Below, in pieces: positions 11,090-23,675 of a stretch of DNA of 64,000 nt; the stretch's first letter is position 1, and every line of letters begins with the position of its first letter. Source of the stretch: Squalus acanthias (Eukaryota); the NCBI GenBank assembly GCA_030390025.1, contig CM059432.1:43154001-43218000 (forward strand), written 5' to 3'. Made by a program: the position numbers and the translations under genes. The notes under the pieces were generated by a model. It was not told where the DNA came from. It was given only the letters and a program-made list of their open reading frames with translations, and ran no database searches.

Positions 11090-11924
11090 TACCATCACTG
11101 AGTCTATCACTATCAACATCCTAGGGGTCACAATTGACCATAAACTCAGAAGTTGGGTATTCTGCAGCGATTGGCTCACCTTCTGACTCCCCATAGCCTT
11201 TCCACCGCCTACAAGGCACAAGTCAGGAGTGTAATGGAATACTCTCCACTTGTCTGGATGGATGCAGCTGCAACACTCGAAAAGCTTGACACCATCCAGG
11301 AAAAAGTAGTCCGCTGGATCGGCACCCCATCCACAAACTTAAACATCCACTCCCTCCACCACTGGCAAACTGTGAGAGAAGTGTGTGCTATCTACAGGAT
11401 GCACTGCAACAACGCACCAAGGATTCTTCAGCAGGACCTCCCAAACCCACGACCCCTACCACCTAGAAGGACAAGGGCAGCAAGTGCATGGGAACACATT
11501 AACTCCAAGTTCCCCTCCAAGTCACACCTTTCTGACTTTGACATATTTCACTGTCCCTTCATTGTTGCTGGGTCAAAATCCTTGAACTCCCTACCTAAGA
11601 GCATTGTGGGAAGTTCTTCACCACACGGATACAGCGGTTTAGGCAGAAGGCCCATCACCACCTTCTCAAGGGCAAATAATATTGGCAATAAAATGCCAGC
11701 CTAGTCAGCGATACATCCTGACAATTAATTTAAAAAAACTTAGAACCCCAAAGCTATTTTAACGCCCATTGGGCAGAGCGTCTGCCGCAGACCCTTCTCT
11801 CAGTAAAATCTGGTGGGCAAGATATGTTACGTGCAGAAGGTATTTTGTGGGGCCAGGAGGAGCAAAGAAAAGTTTAGGCACTAGAAGGCTAAACCCGTCC
11901 ACGTTCGTGAAACCCTCCTAAATC

Positions 11925-12070
11925 CGCTTTTTGTGGTATATATCAATGATTTAGACTTCAATGTAGGGGGAACGATTAAGAGGTTTGCAGATGATACAAA
12001 AATTGGCCGTGTGGTTGATAGAGAGGAAGAAAGCTGTAGGCGGGCAGAAAAGTGGTGAATGGAATTCAAT
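11925..12070 (+). mobile_element. CR1 RT fragment
   Basis: Encodes YINDLD..V.G.IKRFADDTKIG. Confidence 0.7.
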
Positions 12071-12368
12071 CCCGATGACTTACCTGACTACCAGCTGAGC
12101 GGCCTCTGGGCTACCTAATACTTGCTGGCCAGAACCCAACGAGTTGCCTCTGGAAGCCCATTTCAGGTGGGCATCTCGCCATGCCTATGTTAGTGAGGCC
12201 TGCTGTTAAAATGGTCAGGGCCTCTTACAGCACTTCCCAGGTGACAGGCCCTGGCTTTCTAATGACCGACCGCCTAGGAGTTAAATTCCCCCTCTTATAT
12301 TTCATAGCAAGTCTGTGTATGGACCATTCATTTTCAAAGATTTCTGTCAGTGTTAATGAAGATACTTT

Positions 12369-13204
12369 GGGCAGAATTTTCATTGACCCGTGGAGGCGGG
12401 TTTGGAGGCATGTGGGGTGGGAAAATAGCAGATTCGGGGGTCCCGAACCCACCCCGCCCCCAACCTGCCTCCATGCCAGTTTCACAGGAGGCGGGTACCC
12501 GACCTGTGCTGGGACCCGCCTCCCCAAGGCGGGAAGGGGATTAGTGCCAATAAACTGCCTGTTAACATGTAGTTAACAGGCAGTTTTTTGCCTAATCCCT
12601 ATTTTTGGCCCTGAAGTGTGGGCTTCCCGACAGGTCCGAACCACGCCGATTTAGCGAGGCGGACCGTCGGTCTGGAGGGCTTGGAGGGGTCGAGATGTCC
12701 GGTGTGCAGGTGAGTGATGGGTGCATGAGTGCAGAAGTAAGTGTGTTTGGTGTGTGTAAAGTGTTTTAAGAACTTGTACTTACCTTAACTTTGTCCTGCA
12801 GGCTAAGGTGTCGGGAGTCCCTCACATCCACGGCACAGAAAGCAGAATGGCCGCAGAGCTGTCAAAAGCTGCAGTCTCTGCTTTCTGTGCTGGATTGATT
12901 TCTAACTGAGTCTAAGTACAGGGACTCATGTTAGAAATCATATTGTCAGTGTTTGACAGCTTCACAGAGCTGTCAAACGCTGAAATTTCATCTGTCAAAA
13001 GCTCTTGACAGATGACATTTCAATGGCTGTCGTCACCTGTATCCAAGGGACCCTTGATTGGCCTGCTAAGCCCGCTGGGGGGGGCTTAACAAAGTCAATC
13101 AAGGGAAAATACAGTGGGTTGACCACAAGTCGATGGAGGCGGGACTACAACCCAAAAAGTGGGAGTCCCGCTTCCATCACGTCCCCATTGACAAAATCCA
13201 GCCC
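12369..13204 (-). mobile_element. Harbinger-type MITE, family M1 (inverted)
   Basis: TIR GGGCAGAATTTT / AAAATCCAGCCC; TTT TSD at 12366-12368 and 13205-13207; TGACAG palindromes at 12944-13017. Confidence 0.85.
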
Positions 13205-15245
13205 TTTGTGTCCCTTCATTACAATTTCTTGGAATCTACTTTTCACATATATGTGTGTGCTTGAAGATGGTTTAGAAACACCAGTTGAAATTATTGCCCC
13301 TTCGTGGTGTACAGTCCATGCCCAGCTGTGCCCAGGAAGTACTGCTTCAGATTACAAAAAGTATAAAGTACAAAGATATATGAACAATGTTATTACCACC
13401 ATCCTGTGATGGAGAAAACATAATTAAAATAAGATTATCATTTTCACAGACCAAATTTGGAAGCATTTTTTTTTGTTTTCAGCAACGAGTCTTCAAAATC
13501 CACTGAAGTGATGATCTAAAAAGGTTCCAATATCACAGTAACCCGATTGATACAAAAAATAAAACTGATACATATCTAGAATGTTTCAATTAGAATTGCT
13601 GATTTAGTGGCATACTTTTTACAATGCTAAATACAATGTTCCCACTAACAGTATGAGTTCTCAACATTTAATAGCACTGGGATTGCACACTTTCATAGTT
13701 GATCTTTGAAGCTTTCAGTGTTAGTCACGCATGACGAGATTTAAAATGACACTGCTGTTTGTTATTGCTAAAATAACGGCTCCTCGGTATTTTCATGTTT
13801 GTTTGTGCTTTTTGCGTTAAAAAAGAGATTTGAAAAAAGCAATCAAGAACCACAGAATGTAGACGTACTGTAAATACTCCTGAGTAACTAGAAATGTTGA
13901 AATAATTAAATACAGGATGCATGTCAGGATATGAAGAATAAATTATTGAACACCAAATGCATAATTGAGATAAAGACAGAAAATGCTGGATATATCTAGA
14001 CTGTCAACATCTGAAAAGAAAAATCATAGAGGTAAGGAACCTTCAACAATTCTGTCAGTCATTGTCACAAGGGGTTTATTTCTGGGATTCATGGCTACCC
14101 ACATAGCCACTCATCCCGGTCGCCTAGCTTTTCAGATACCATTAAAATTAATTCTGGTTTATTGTGCTTTTTCTCTAGTAGCATCCCGAAGTTGCAGATG
14201 GAAGGGGAAAGTTTGTTAATGTTGATGTTGTGGTCTGCCAGTGGGCAGTGACACTCGGGACTAAGTCTGCATTTACAGTCCCACAGCTCACATCAGGGAG
14301 TTCAATAAAATAGAAAATAAAATTGACAGCAGCAGGAAAGGAGGAGAAGTAGAATTAGTGAGAATAAGAGAGGTACAGACCCAAATTAGAACAAATACAT
14401 GCAGCTGGGGAGAAAGTATAGTTCCGATTTAAACTCAGGGCTGGGGTTCATGCGGACGGAGGTCGAGGCAAACAGCAAACCGTCCAGACCTCTAAAGCAA
14501 GAGACCTGGAATATTTTAACTCCTGGACCTCATCTGCATAGGACCCACCTGAACACGACGTAAACTGGCAACTTGCCGATGTACAGAAGTGGGATGTCGG
14601 ATGGCAGACCTGAAGGATCTGTGCCCAGTACTCAGTTAAGTGGTTTGGAAGGGGATTGTGAGGGCCTCATGGTCCAGGAAGGGGGAAGTCCAGGGGTTGG
14701 AGGGAGAGGCAGAGAGGGGGCATCAGAGGCCTAAACTTTCCTTGTGGGCCGCAGAGGAGCACTCCTGCACATCCATAAAACCTCTTCCTCCACTTTAACA
14801 GGCTGATACCTTTCCATGTCACTTGGCACACATTCCCCAACTGCCCCTCATTTACTCTTTCTTCTTGCAAGAGAAAGTGGAGTATAATTCCTGCCAGAGA
14901 TAGGCTGCCGGAGGGGATATTCCTACCCTTAAACTCTACTTTCTGCTTTTGCCCTCAAAGATGGCAAGGTCAGCGGCATATTACCAGTGCCAGGTTAGTG
15001 ATTGAACACCTACACTGTCTCCGTATGAAGAACCACATAGACACAACCTTCCACCCTCATCTTAATCTCAAGGGGGTAATACTTACCCATTCTTAGCTTC
15101 TACCCTCCTTATTGCAGATCCATCACAGCATCGTCATCTCCTTGTTCATCATTGTCCTCGTGATCATTATTGTTGATGAGGAGGTAGTTTAGTCTCTGTT
15201 TTTCCTCCTCCTCATCATCAGTATCATCATCCTCCTCCTGCTGTA

Positions 15246-15520
15246 GTGGGCACAGAAGCATCCACACTAATCTATAGGCATCATGTCAGCAAGGAGTCAG
15301 TTGAAGAGCTTTACCATCTGTTGGAAGGTCACCTGCAGCCAATCTGCAGCATAGGCATGGTACTGCCAGTGGCAAGCAAGGTCACCATCGCCCTTAACTT
15401 TGTGCTTCCGGCTCATTCCAGGCTAGCACTGCTGTACCTCCTAATATGTTGACCACACATGTAGCAAACAGGACTGATGCATGGCTAGCATGTTCATCTA
15501 ATTTTCTACTGAATAGTACC
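15246..15520 (+). pseudogene. Degenerate Harbinger transposase fragment
   Basis: SKESVEELYHLLEGHLQP...LPVASKVTIALNF aligns with FSKEVVTELCHLLQPDLQP...LSVAVKVTVALNF of the transposase at 29733-30893. Confidence 0.7.
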
Positions 15521-16414
15521 TGGGGTAGGATGTGGTAGGCCAATTTCACCACACTGCTAGATTTGAGAAAGTTCATGAAGTAACTAACATGGCCATCCAG
15601 CTAGAAGTTCCTTCTCCTTCTCAGTCACCACCGTTTGCTATTCCTCACCTGTGCACTGTAATTCACTCTGTGCTAACCCCTCACCTCCTCCAAGAGATTC
15701 AAGGACTTGAGATTCCGAGCACTTTCTCCAGTTTGGATATGGTCCTTGTATTATGTGTAATCTTGTTTTTCAAGCAGTGAAGTATTCTTGAGATATTGCA
15801 AGTTGAAAGGGAACATGTACAGTGACAAACCTGTGCCCAATCAACAGCCCATCCTGTATCCATAAAGTGACTATGTAGTAAGCAGCTAGATTGTATTATA
15901 GTGATTTTCTGTGTGAAATGTGAGTGTGCCAAGGTTTTCAATTGTAAGGTGCAGCTTGAATGTGGGCCCTACTGAAGTATAATATACTATGCAAGAGCTG
16001 TAAGTTTGTACAAGGGCTTAGCATGGGTGAACAGTAAATGTGAAATAGATTGATAGGCAATACTTTGCAGCATGTAATCTTGGGCCACCGACTTAATACA
16101 TGGTACAGTTGGGCAGACTTACCTTGCTAAATTCCTTAAATTATATCATCTTCTTCCACATCTGTTTCCACGTCCTGCAGGTAAAATACGTAGCATTGGG
16201 CTTGGGCACCACCACCCTATTCAGTCACTTACCTTTAAGTGGCCACAGCCCATAAAATTCTTCCAGCATCCAGAAAAGGCTCAGTTACATTGGATAATCC
16301 ATTCACAAATCAATCATGCTCCTCGTGTCTGGGTCAATGTGTGCAGGGAGCATATTGCATTTATTTAAATGAGCTGACCGTAAAATTTAAACAGGATCAG
16401 TTTTTATATTCTTG

Positions 16415-17307
16415 GGGGTAAAAATTCAGTTGGTTGCGCCTCCCGTTAGCGCCTTAAGAGGGCGCTAATGGGGCGCAAAGCCGCTAACGCCCGGGTGCAG
16501 CGATGTTTGCGCCGCTCGGGAACTTAACTAGAGATTGTGCGGCGGCGCTAAACTTTACCGCTGCGACCACCTGCGCGCGCAGATTGTGACGTCATTCCAT
16601 GGTGCAACGCCCTTGTGGCGCCCCGGAGCAGAAATTGAGTGGCGCCCCCTGCCTTATTGCCTGGCGCATCCAACGACCAGAAGACTGGAACGCTATCAAT
16701 CGCTGTGGGGCTGGGGGGGGCGTTATTTAAAGGGGGCCTCTTCCTGTCTTTTATTGTTGGTGGCATTTTTGAACTACGCATTCTGAGAGAGAGAGGGAGA
16801 GACTTCTGGAGAGATTCAACGTTGTGTGAAGGAGTTTTGGGTACTGAGCAGCACTTTGCAGGTTCATTTTGATTTGCCATTCCTTGTATCGATTTAGCAG
16901 AGACTGTGGGAGCTGCACTCTGAGCTCTTTGCCTGGTACTCTCCATTGTTCTTTCCAGCACATTTGATGTGCAAGTCTCTCCAGGCCGAGATTCAAGGCT
17001 GCAATGAACAGGATGTGGATGGAAAGCAAGATTAACCATCCCCTTTAAGAACTGGCCCGTGCCATAGTGTGTGTGTTCCATTGCTGACTGACATTACATG
17101 AGCTTCGCCAGCGCTCTGAGTTAGCGCCTCACTCCTTGGCCTTTGCGCCTTAAGACAGGTGTGCAGCGCCTGCTTTAGCGCTCCACTCACCTCCCGGGGC
17201 GGTAAAAGTGAAGTTTCCAGTCAGTGCCGATAATTAGCGCCAGGCGCTAATATTTGCGTCCAGACGATATTTGCGCCCCAAATGGGGCGCGACCTAATTT
17301 CTACCCC
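16415..17307 (-). mobile_element. Harbinger MITE, family M2 core with element-C-type arms
   Basis: Ends GGGGTAAAAATTCAGT / ACCTAATTTCTACCCC match the ends of element C; core matches 7690-8050; TSD ambiguous. Confidence 0.88.
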
Positions 17308-19397
17308 GTTGTGTTCTGTGCAGACTTTGCAATGTGACTTATTACAATTTTAACCTGGAATGCCTCAGCAATAACATTTTTAATATCAATAGTATAATTT
17401 GAAGCCATTTTCTAAGGCGACTGCCCTAAGCCACAGCAGCCACTTCATACATATGGCATACTTTTCCATGTGAAACAAAAAATATAATTTTTGCATACTT
17501 AGTTATTTGTAGAAAAAACAATAGGCAAGTTTCCACGTAAGTAGTGTAAAGTAAGTAGTGGTTGGGCCGAATAGTCTGTTTCTGTGTTGTAACTTCTATG
17601 GACATATGTATGAGTAAAACTGTTGTACTATTACCAACTTATCCCAATAAGTACTACTAAAACTATGGTGGAGTTTGGGTCAGTTAGGCAGGCAGTTCTT
17701 TGTTTTTTTGTTCAATGCTGAAATTGGTTCGGCTGCTGCCAGTGTTTGTAATTGATGCTAGAGCAAAGTCTGAAGCTACCTCCAGTGCCTCTAACTTTGG
17801 GAAACCCATCAAAAAATCAGGTTTTATTTTAAGTCACCTTGGAATTTATGCCATTTATAGTGGCAAACTGAAACCAAGTTATGCATTCATTTATCTCCTG
17901 TTAGCAGTTATAAATTGGTTACTAAATTTTATGCATTAACTCAGCTCCCTCACACTGTCAGATTCAATAACTACTCCAAGAAAGTGTCCCTCGTCAGTAT
18001 TAACTGTTTAAACAAAAAATATTCCAGAAAAGTGATGTCAATAATAATCTTTTGTAGCTGATTATTTTTAAAGAGGGCACTTGCCTTTCTAATAATATGC
18101 CATAATTTTCTTCAACATTAGAAATTGTAGGAAATATAAAGACATAGAAATAGTTAATTGATCAATATTTATTGCTGTCGACCTTAGCGATATGCACCAA
18201 TGCACGTCACAGATTAAGATCATCTGTTTTAATTCAGTAGCCAGATACAAGATGATAGCAATTAGAAACTCGCTGCAGTCTTTTCATCAGATTACTCTAA
18301 CCTTCATTGTCAGCTTGATTGATCAGAGTCTTGTAGAGAGTCATATACCATTTGACACAAGACCGATAATCTTATGTCTTTTTGAATGGTTGATAGCCTT
18401 ACCGTTGCACTATAAGAATCAGCATTCTCCATTCCTACTAAGCATTCAATCCATGTGAATTTTTTTAGAAAATAAACTGAGAAAGCTTTAAGAAGCAACA
18501 AGAAAATGCAAACCAGTGGAAGAAAAAAATCGCTGTGCCATGCGGCCAGGGCACCTCAAACACAGTTTACACAAATTTTCAAAAAAGATGATTATTTTTT
18601 CTCATGAGGCCTTTGGTCTTCCATATGACCTTCTTCACGCAGTGAAGACAAGTTATCCAGCCTTGAGAATTGTCTGCTACTGTTTGCACTACTATTGGGT
18701 GGTTCGCCAAGAGGAGGCATGGTCATTGAAGGGTAAGACAGTTAGTGTCCATTTTTATCTTCATTGAGATGAATAACTCTGCTTCCACAACATGCACCTG
18801 CTGGTTTCCTGGCTGAAAACTAGTGAAACATATTGCAACTACAGCAGATGGATCTGATTCATATCTATGATCAGGAATGTGCATCGGATGGGGTCGCAGG
18901 AAAAGACAGGCTCTTCAAAAAAAATTATGACATCCTGCAATCCTTCTAAAAAAAATTCTAAAATGCATAAAATGTATACGTTGTTCAGAATTATTTTAGA
19001 GAAGCATATTCTTATTGCCATTGTGGGGGAGGGAAACAAGAGAGGGGATTATGGCAATATAATTATGAATACTAATTCGGTACTTGGCTCTGAGGCATTT
19101 TTCGCTGAACCTTGCTACCTTCCTATCTTCCTTTGTACTGTACAATCATTATGTTTTACTAATGTTTTGGGTTTTAGCTTTTGCTAAGCACAAGGTTCAG
19201 TTATAGGACATTTATTATGCAAATTTGCTGTCTATAACAAGTCCCAGTGTTCCTTTTGCTTGAAAAAGTCAATAATGTGATTGTTTGAACAATACAACCC
19301 ATTAAATATGTTAGCGTGGTTTTTAACAATTCTTTGATGGCTTTATCTGATACAGTCTTGGCACCAGTCAAGTTACAGCACCATCCTGAGTCCCAGA

Positions 19398-19838
19398 GGC
19401 CCTGGGATTAATGGTTGCAGCTTTCTGTTGTAGTGAGCTGATACTGTTTTACAGAATGTATTCACACATCTGGCGTACCACAGTTCCCCACTTGGCACTA
19501 ATGCCAAGCTTTCACTATGCAGCAGTAGAATCTCTCACCAGTGCCTAGTTAACTGTTTCCATCAAGGGAACGAGATAGAGCTAGCTACGAACACTCACTG
19601 TGCCCGCTGGATGTCACTGTAGTCGTCCTTATTTTTGCTTCTCGGGGGTCTTCCCATTTTACATGGAAACATTACATTTAAGCAATAACTGTAAAATATG
19701 CGCAGTTCTTAAATAAGGAGCTATTTGCATAGGGTTTCTCATAACTACTTTAATTACACTTCTTGCTGTAATTTTACTTGGAAGCTGCAAACGTCACATA
19801 GTAAAACAAGCATAACAACAGTTCTGAAATTCTGGCCC
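19398..19838. mobile_element. Possible old Harbinger-type MITE
   Basis: GGCCCTGGGATT ... AAATTCTGGCCC flanked by AGA/AGA; the TIR match is weak. Confidence 0.35.
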
Positions 19839-22367
19839 AGATTAAGGGAGGAGAATGGAGAGATTGGCCGCCTGTAGCCGAAATTTGGGTCAGAACCTGG
19901 TTCCGTTTGGATTTCACCCAATTTTTTGCTTGCAGCCATTTTTCGGCAGGAATCTACTACCTGCAACCCCCACATCTAGGGGGCATGCGTCCTGCTGAGG
20001 CCAGTATAAAGCCCTCAAACCTTTAGCTGGGGAACAGTATTCGATCCTAGAAGGAATCAGTTATCTTTCTCAAGGAGCCTGCTTGCTCCATTAAGAACAA
20101 AAGTCTAGAAGAGGCCACTTCTCTTCAGGACCTTGCTGGTCTCCTCTCTGCTGTTGGAGTGCCATGGGACCGCTCCAACTTGCTGCTAGTGGTTTAGGGT
20201 GTGTGCCACTGATGTGCCCTCGCAGGCGGCCTGCCTTGGCCATGCAGATGATCCTCCCCTGGAGCTAGAGTGGGCAGGTGTTCCGCTCTACTGCATTTGC
20301 GCTAGTGGACCAGACACACAAGATTTTCAGCCCAATTATTTGGTGATCAATCCTGCCATATCAATATTTTAGGAACATAAGATGGAATGAGTCAAATTTG
20401 TGAATGTCAGATTGGATTTTAAAAGGCTTAGCCTATGGCCAACAATATTGCAGATGTTTTAAGGGATAACATTTAATATCAGATTAAATTTTGGGTTAGA
20501 CCACATTTCAGACTACTATTTATAATAAGAAACAAAGTATGCAAAATTATGATTTTTTTAAAAACTATAGAACATACACCATGAAAAACAATCCTATTGT
20601 TATTGTTACGGTAACTGGATCACTGAAATTGCTGTACTAGTGTGCTTTTCTGTTTTATATTTCTTAAAATTATCCAGATCACTACACTATTGCATGCATG
20701 GGTACCTCTAAACACTTTGCCAGACAAGCTGGGGCAAGCTTGTGATATCTTCTGAATAGTAAATTTCATGTCTTGCCTCCCAAATGCCTCATCCCATATG
20801 CGGTCTGGAACATTCGTTCCCATTTCCAATTAGTAAAATATCCATGTGGTTTATGATTGGGGTGATGGATCTGTCGGTGAGCAATGGAGGCGATTTCTCA
20901 ACTCCTCTGCATTCCCATAGGCATGCAGCATTTGACAGATTGGACATAAGTACCATGGAGGAGTCTGACACAGATGGTGTAATTAGAAAATGCGAAGTGA
21001 GGGTGTGAAATTTATCTTTGATCAGCACCTTCTTGCCAGATTGTCATCTATGTTAATATTAAGCAGTTTCTCAGATATATAAAAAAAAACAGCAACCTTG
21101 AGGAAGAATATATACTATTGTGATATGCTTTTGAGTCACAAAATGTCATTCATTTTGTCAGATTTGTGTTCTTCGTGACAGCTGATTATTTTAACGAGTC
21201 TAAAAAAAATTGTCTTATGTTTTATGGTAAATATTACTGAATGAATAATCAGAGAAGATGCAACGGAAAGTGTTTAATTGTTCTCGCTGTGAGTACATTT
21301 TAAACTAAATCCATAGCATATAAAACTGGAAATTTAAATAAATGTTTTTCCCAGAAATCTGTACCCCAGAAATGTTCTTTAGTTTGTACTTATAGACACC
21401 AGACAATCACATTTTAATGTTCATTATTTACTTGATCCAAATATTTAGTTTGCTTGAGAAAAATAGCATAATAAATTGTTGGTCACATTTTTAGATGTTC
21501 CAGTATGTAATTAACATTACAACATTCTGATGCAGCTCTTCTCTCTTGTAATTGCTTAAGGGTGCAGAAGATACATGAGGATGTTTTTCCCTCTGCTGTA
21601 CTGGGTAGAGAGCAGCTTTTTGTCAAAATAAGCCATTAGCTATAATGGCATGTAGGTGTAATGGAATGTGCTTTAAACATCTGTGCTGAGAGCAGGGGAG
21701 AAATTGCCGCATGCAGACCTGGGCCTTTGGGGAGCATGATTAAGGACTGCTTCAGAGAACTTGAGATCTGGCATGGGATGCAAAAAATGAAGAAAGAAAA
21801 TAGTGCTAATAGAATTATAGACGCTCTGCAGGGAGAACAAAAAATTTAACATTTTTGCTGTGTCTGTGCTGTTGTTTCTGCTACATCAAACCTTTTGTGA
21901 AATAGATGATCTTACTGACTGCGATACAATATGTTGAAGTTCATATGATGCTATACTGTGTTTAACAAAGAAAGCAATTTGATGGTTCTGTGATTCCTAT
22001 ATTCTTGATACCGATTTAGATGAGTGACTGCATTATCAGTATTTCATTATAAAATTTTATTATATAAACAATAAATAATTTATTCTTTGCTAAATACCAT
22101 AATCTGATGTGCAACTATCTCAGCAGATTTTCAAGACATCAGACTGAGCATTGATTAATATGTGTTTTCCGTACTGTAGAATGTGATGTGTCAACTGCTG
22201 TATGTATTCTTTAATGCTCAATCATTTTTCCCTTAATAGATTTGGAAAGCAGTGACCCAGTCAGTGGTAGCAATGAGATTTATAGGATTTTGCTTACTCA
22301 CAAAGGGAGGAAATAAATTGCCTAACAGGAATTTTTAATTATCTGATCTAAACACATCAATAGTTAC

Positions 22368-22392
22368 ATATATATATATATATATATATATA
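22368..22392. repeat. (TA)n microsatellite
   Basis: About 12 TA units. Confidence 0.95.
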
Positions 22393-23178
22393 GCACAGTT
22401 GTATACATCATTTAGTGGGTGTAGAGATAGCCATTTAATTAATGTCAGGTGCTTTACTATTGCTTTTGTTTTGTTGCCAAAATAGGAAAATGTACCAAGT
22501 AACAGTCAGAATTATTGCCAGAGAATTTATAAAATTGTTTTGTTGCAAAAGATAAAACTAGTGCATAGCAAATGTAATTCTGAGATCAAATCTACATGCC
22601 CATTTTAATTTATTTTTGGGTTCACCTGCATTTGATCTAGGCCTGTGAATTACTATACCATTGATTATTATGCAACACTGAAACAACGTCAAGCAATTAT
22701 AAAATAAATTTGTCTGACAAAAAGTAGTCGTGGTTATTAGATAAATCTGTGAAACTATTTTATGCATCAATATAAAATGTATGTCCCGTAGATAATCATT
22801 TCAGTTGCAACAATATATCCAGGTTGAGGAGGTGTATGGAGTTTCCATTGTTAAGATTTCACATTTTTCTTTCACCACCAACAGCAGTACGGGGAAAGGT
22901 AAAGCTTGAGTTTGTATGTATGCATATGTCCAAAACATAACGTGAAAATGCTTTGAGCTTATAGGATGCTGTACATGTAAAGAAACCATAAACTAATTTA
23001 AAAGGTGGAAATAGTAAGATACATAATTTTAACAGTAATATGATTGCTGTCCATTAGTTATTTCTTAATATTAAAAATGTAAGCAAAATTTGGATGCCAG
23101 TGAGTGAAGCTCTGCCCATGTGTGCAAGCAGAACACATGCACAGAAAACCTCCATTTTCCTCTCTGGCCAGAGAGCAG

Positions 23179-23669
23179 CAACAACAACTTGCATTTATAT
23201 AGCACCTTTAACGTAGTAAAACGTCCCAAGGCACTTCACAGGAACGCTGTCAAAGAAAATTTGACACCGAGCCACATAAGGAGATATTAGGGCAAATGAC
23301 CAAAAGCTTGGTCAAAGAGGTAGGTTTTAAGAAGCGTTGTAAAGGAGGAAAGAGAGGTAGAGAGGCGGCGGAGAGGTCTAGGGAGGGAATTCCAGAGCTT
23401 ATGTCCTCGGCAGCTAAAGGCACGGCCGCCAATGGTGGAGAGATTAAAATCGAGGATGCGTAAGAGGCCAGAATTGAAGGAGGGTTGCAGGGCTGGAGGA
23501 GATTACAAAGATAGGGACGGGTGAGACCATGGAGGCATTTGAAAACAAGGATGAGAATTTTAACAACGAGGCCTTGCTCAACCAGGAGCCAATGTAAGTC
23601 AGCACGCACAGGTGAATGGGACTTGGTGCAAGTTAGGATACAAACAGCAGAGTTTTAGATGAGCTTTTA
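23179..23669 (-). mobile_element. L2 LINE 3' fragment; resumes at 35622-35670 after a 12-kb nested insertion
   Basis: LHWLLV...KILILVFKCLHGLTRPYLCNLLQP is typical of the L2 ORF2 C-terminus; (caa)n tail; ...gatgagctttta joins tggagggtggaagat. Confidence 0.8.
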
Positions 23670-23675
23670 GTCATA

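Larger units (their letters stand above)
9810..11720 (+). mobile_element. CR1/L2-group LINE 3' fragment (RT), interrupted by two SINEs
   Basis: AYKAQVRSVMEYSPLVWM (11153-11704) and an RT SDDC-like motif near 10450; the host sequence is continuous across both SINEs; same family as 36985-41210. Confidence 0.8.

Noticed and set aside
9742..12297. Possible old Harbinger MITE enclosing the LINE/SINE cluster (GGGGGGGATTTTAG ... TTAAATTCCCCCT)
   Set aside because: TIR match is short and no TSD is evident
14400..14900. GC-richer segment resembling decayed MITE interiors
   Set aside because: No definable termini or TSD
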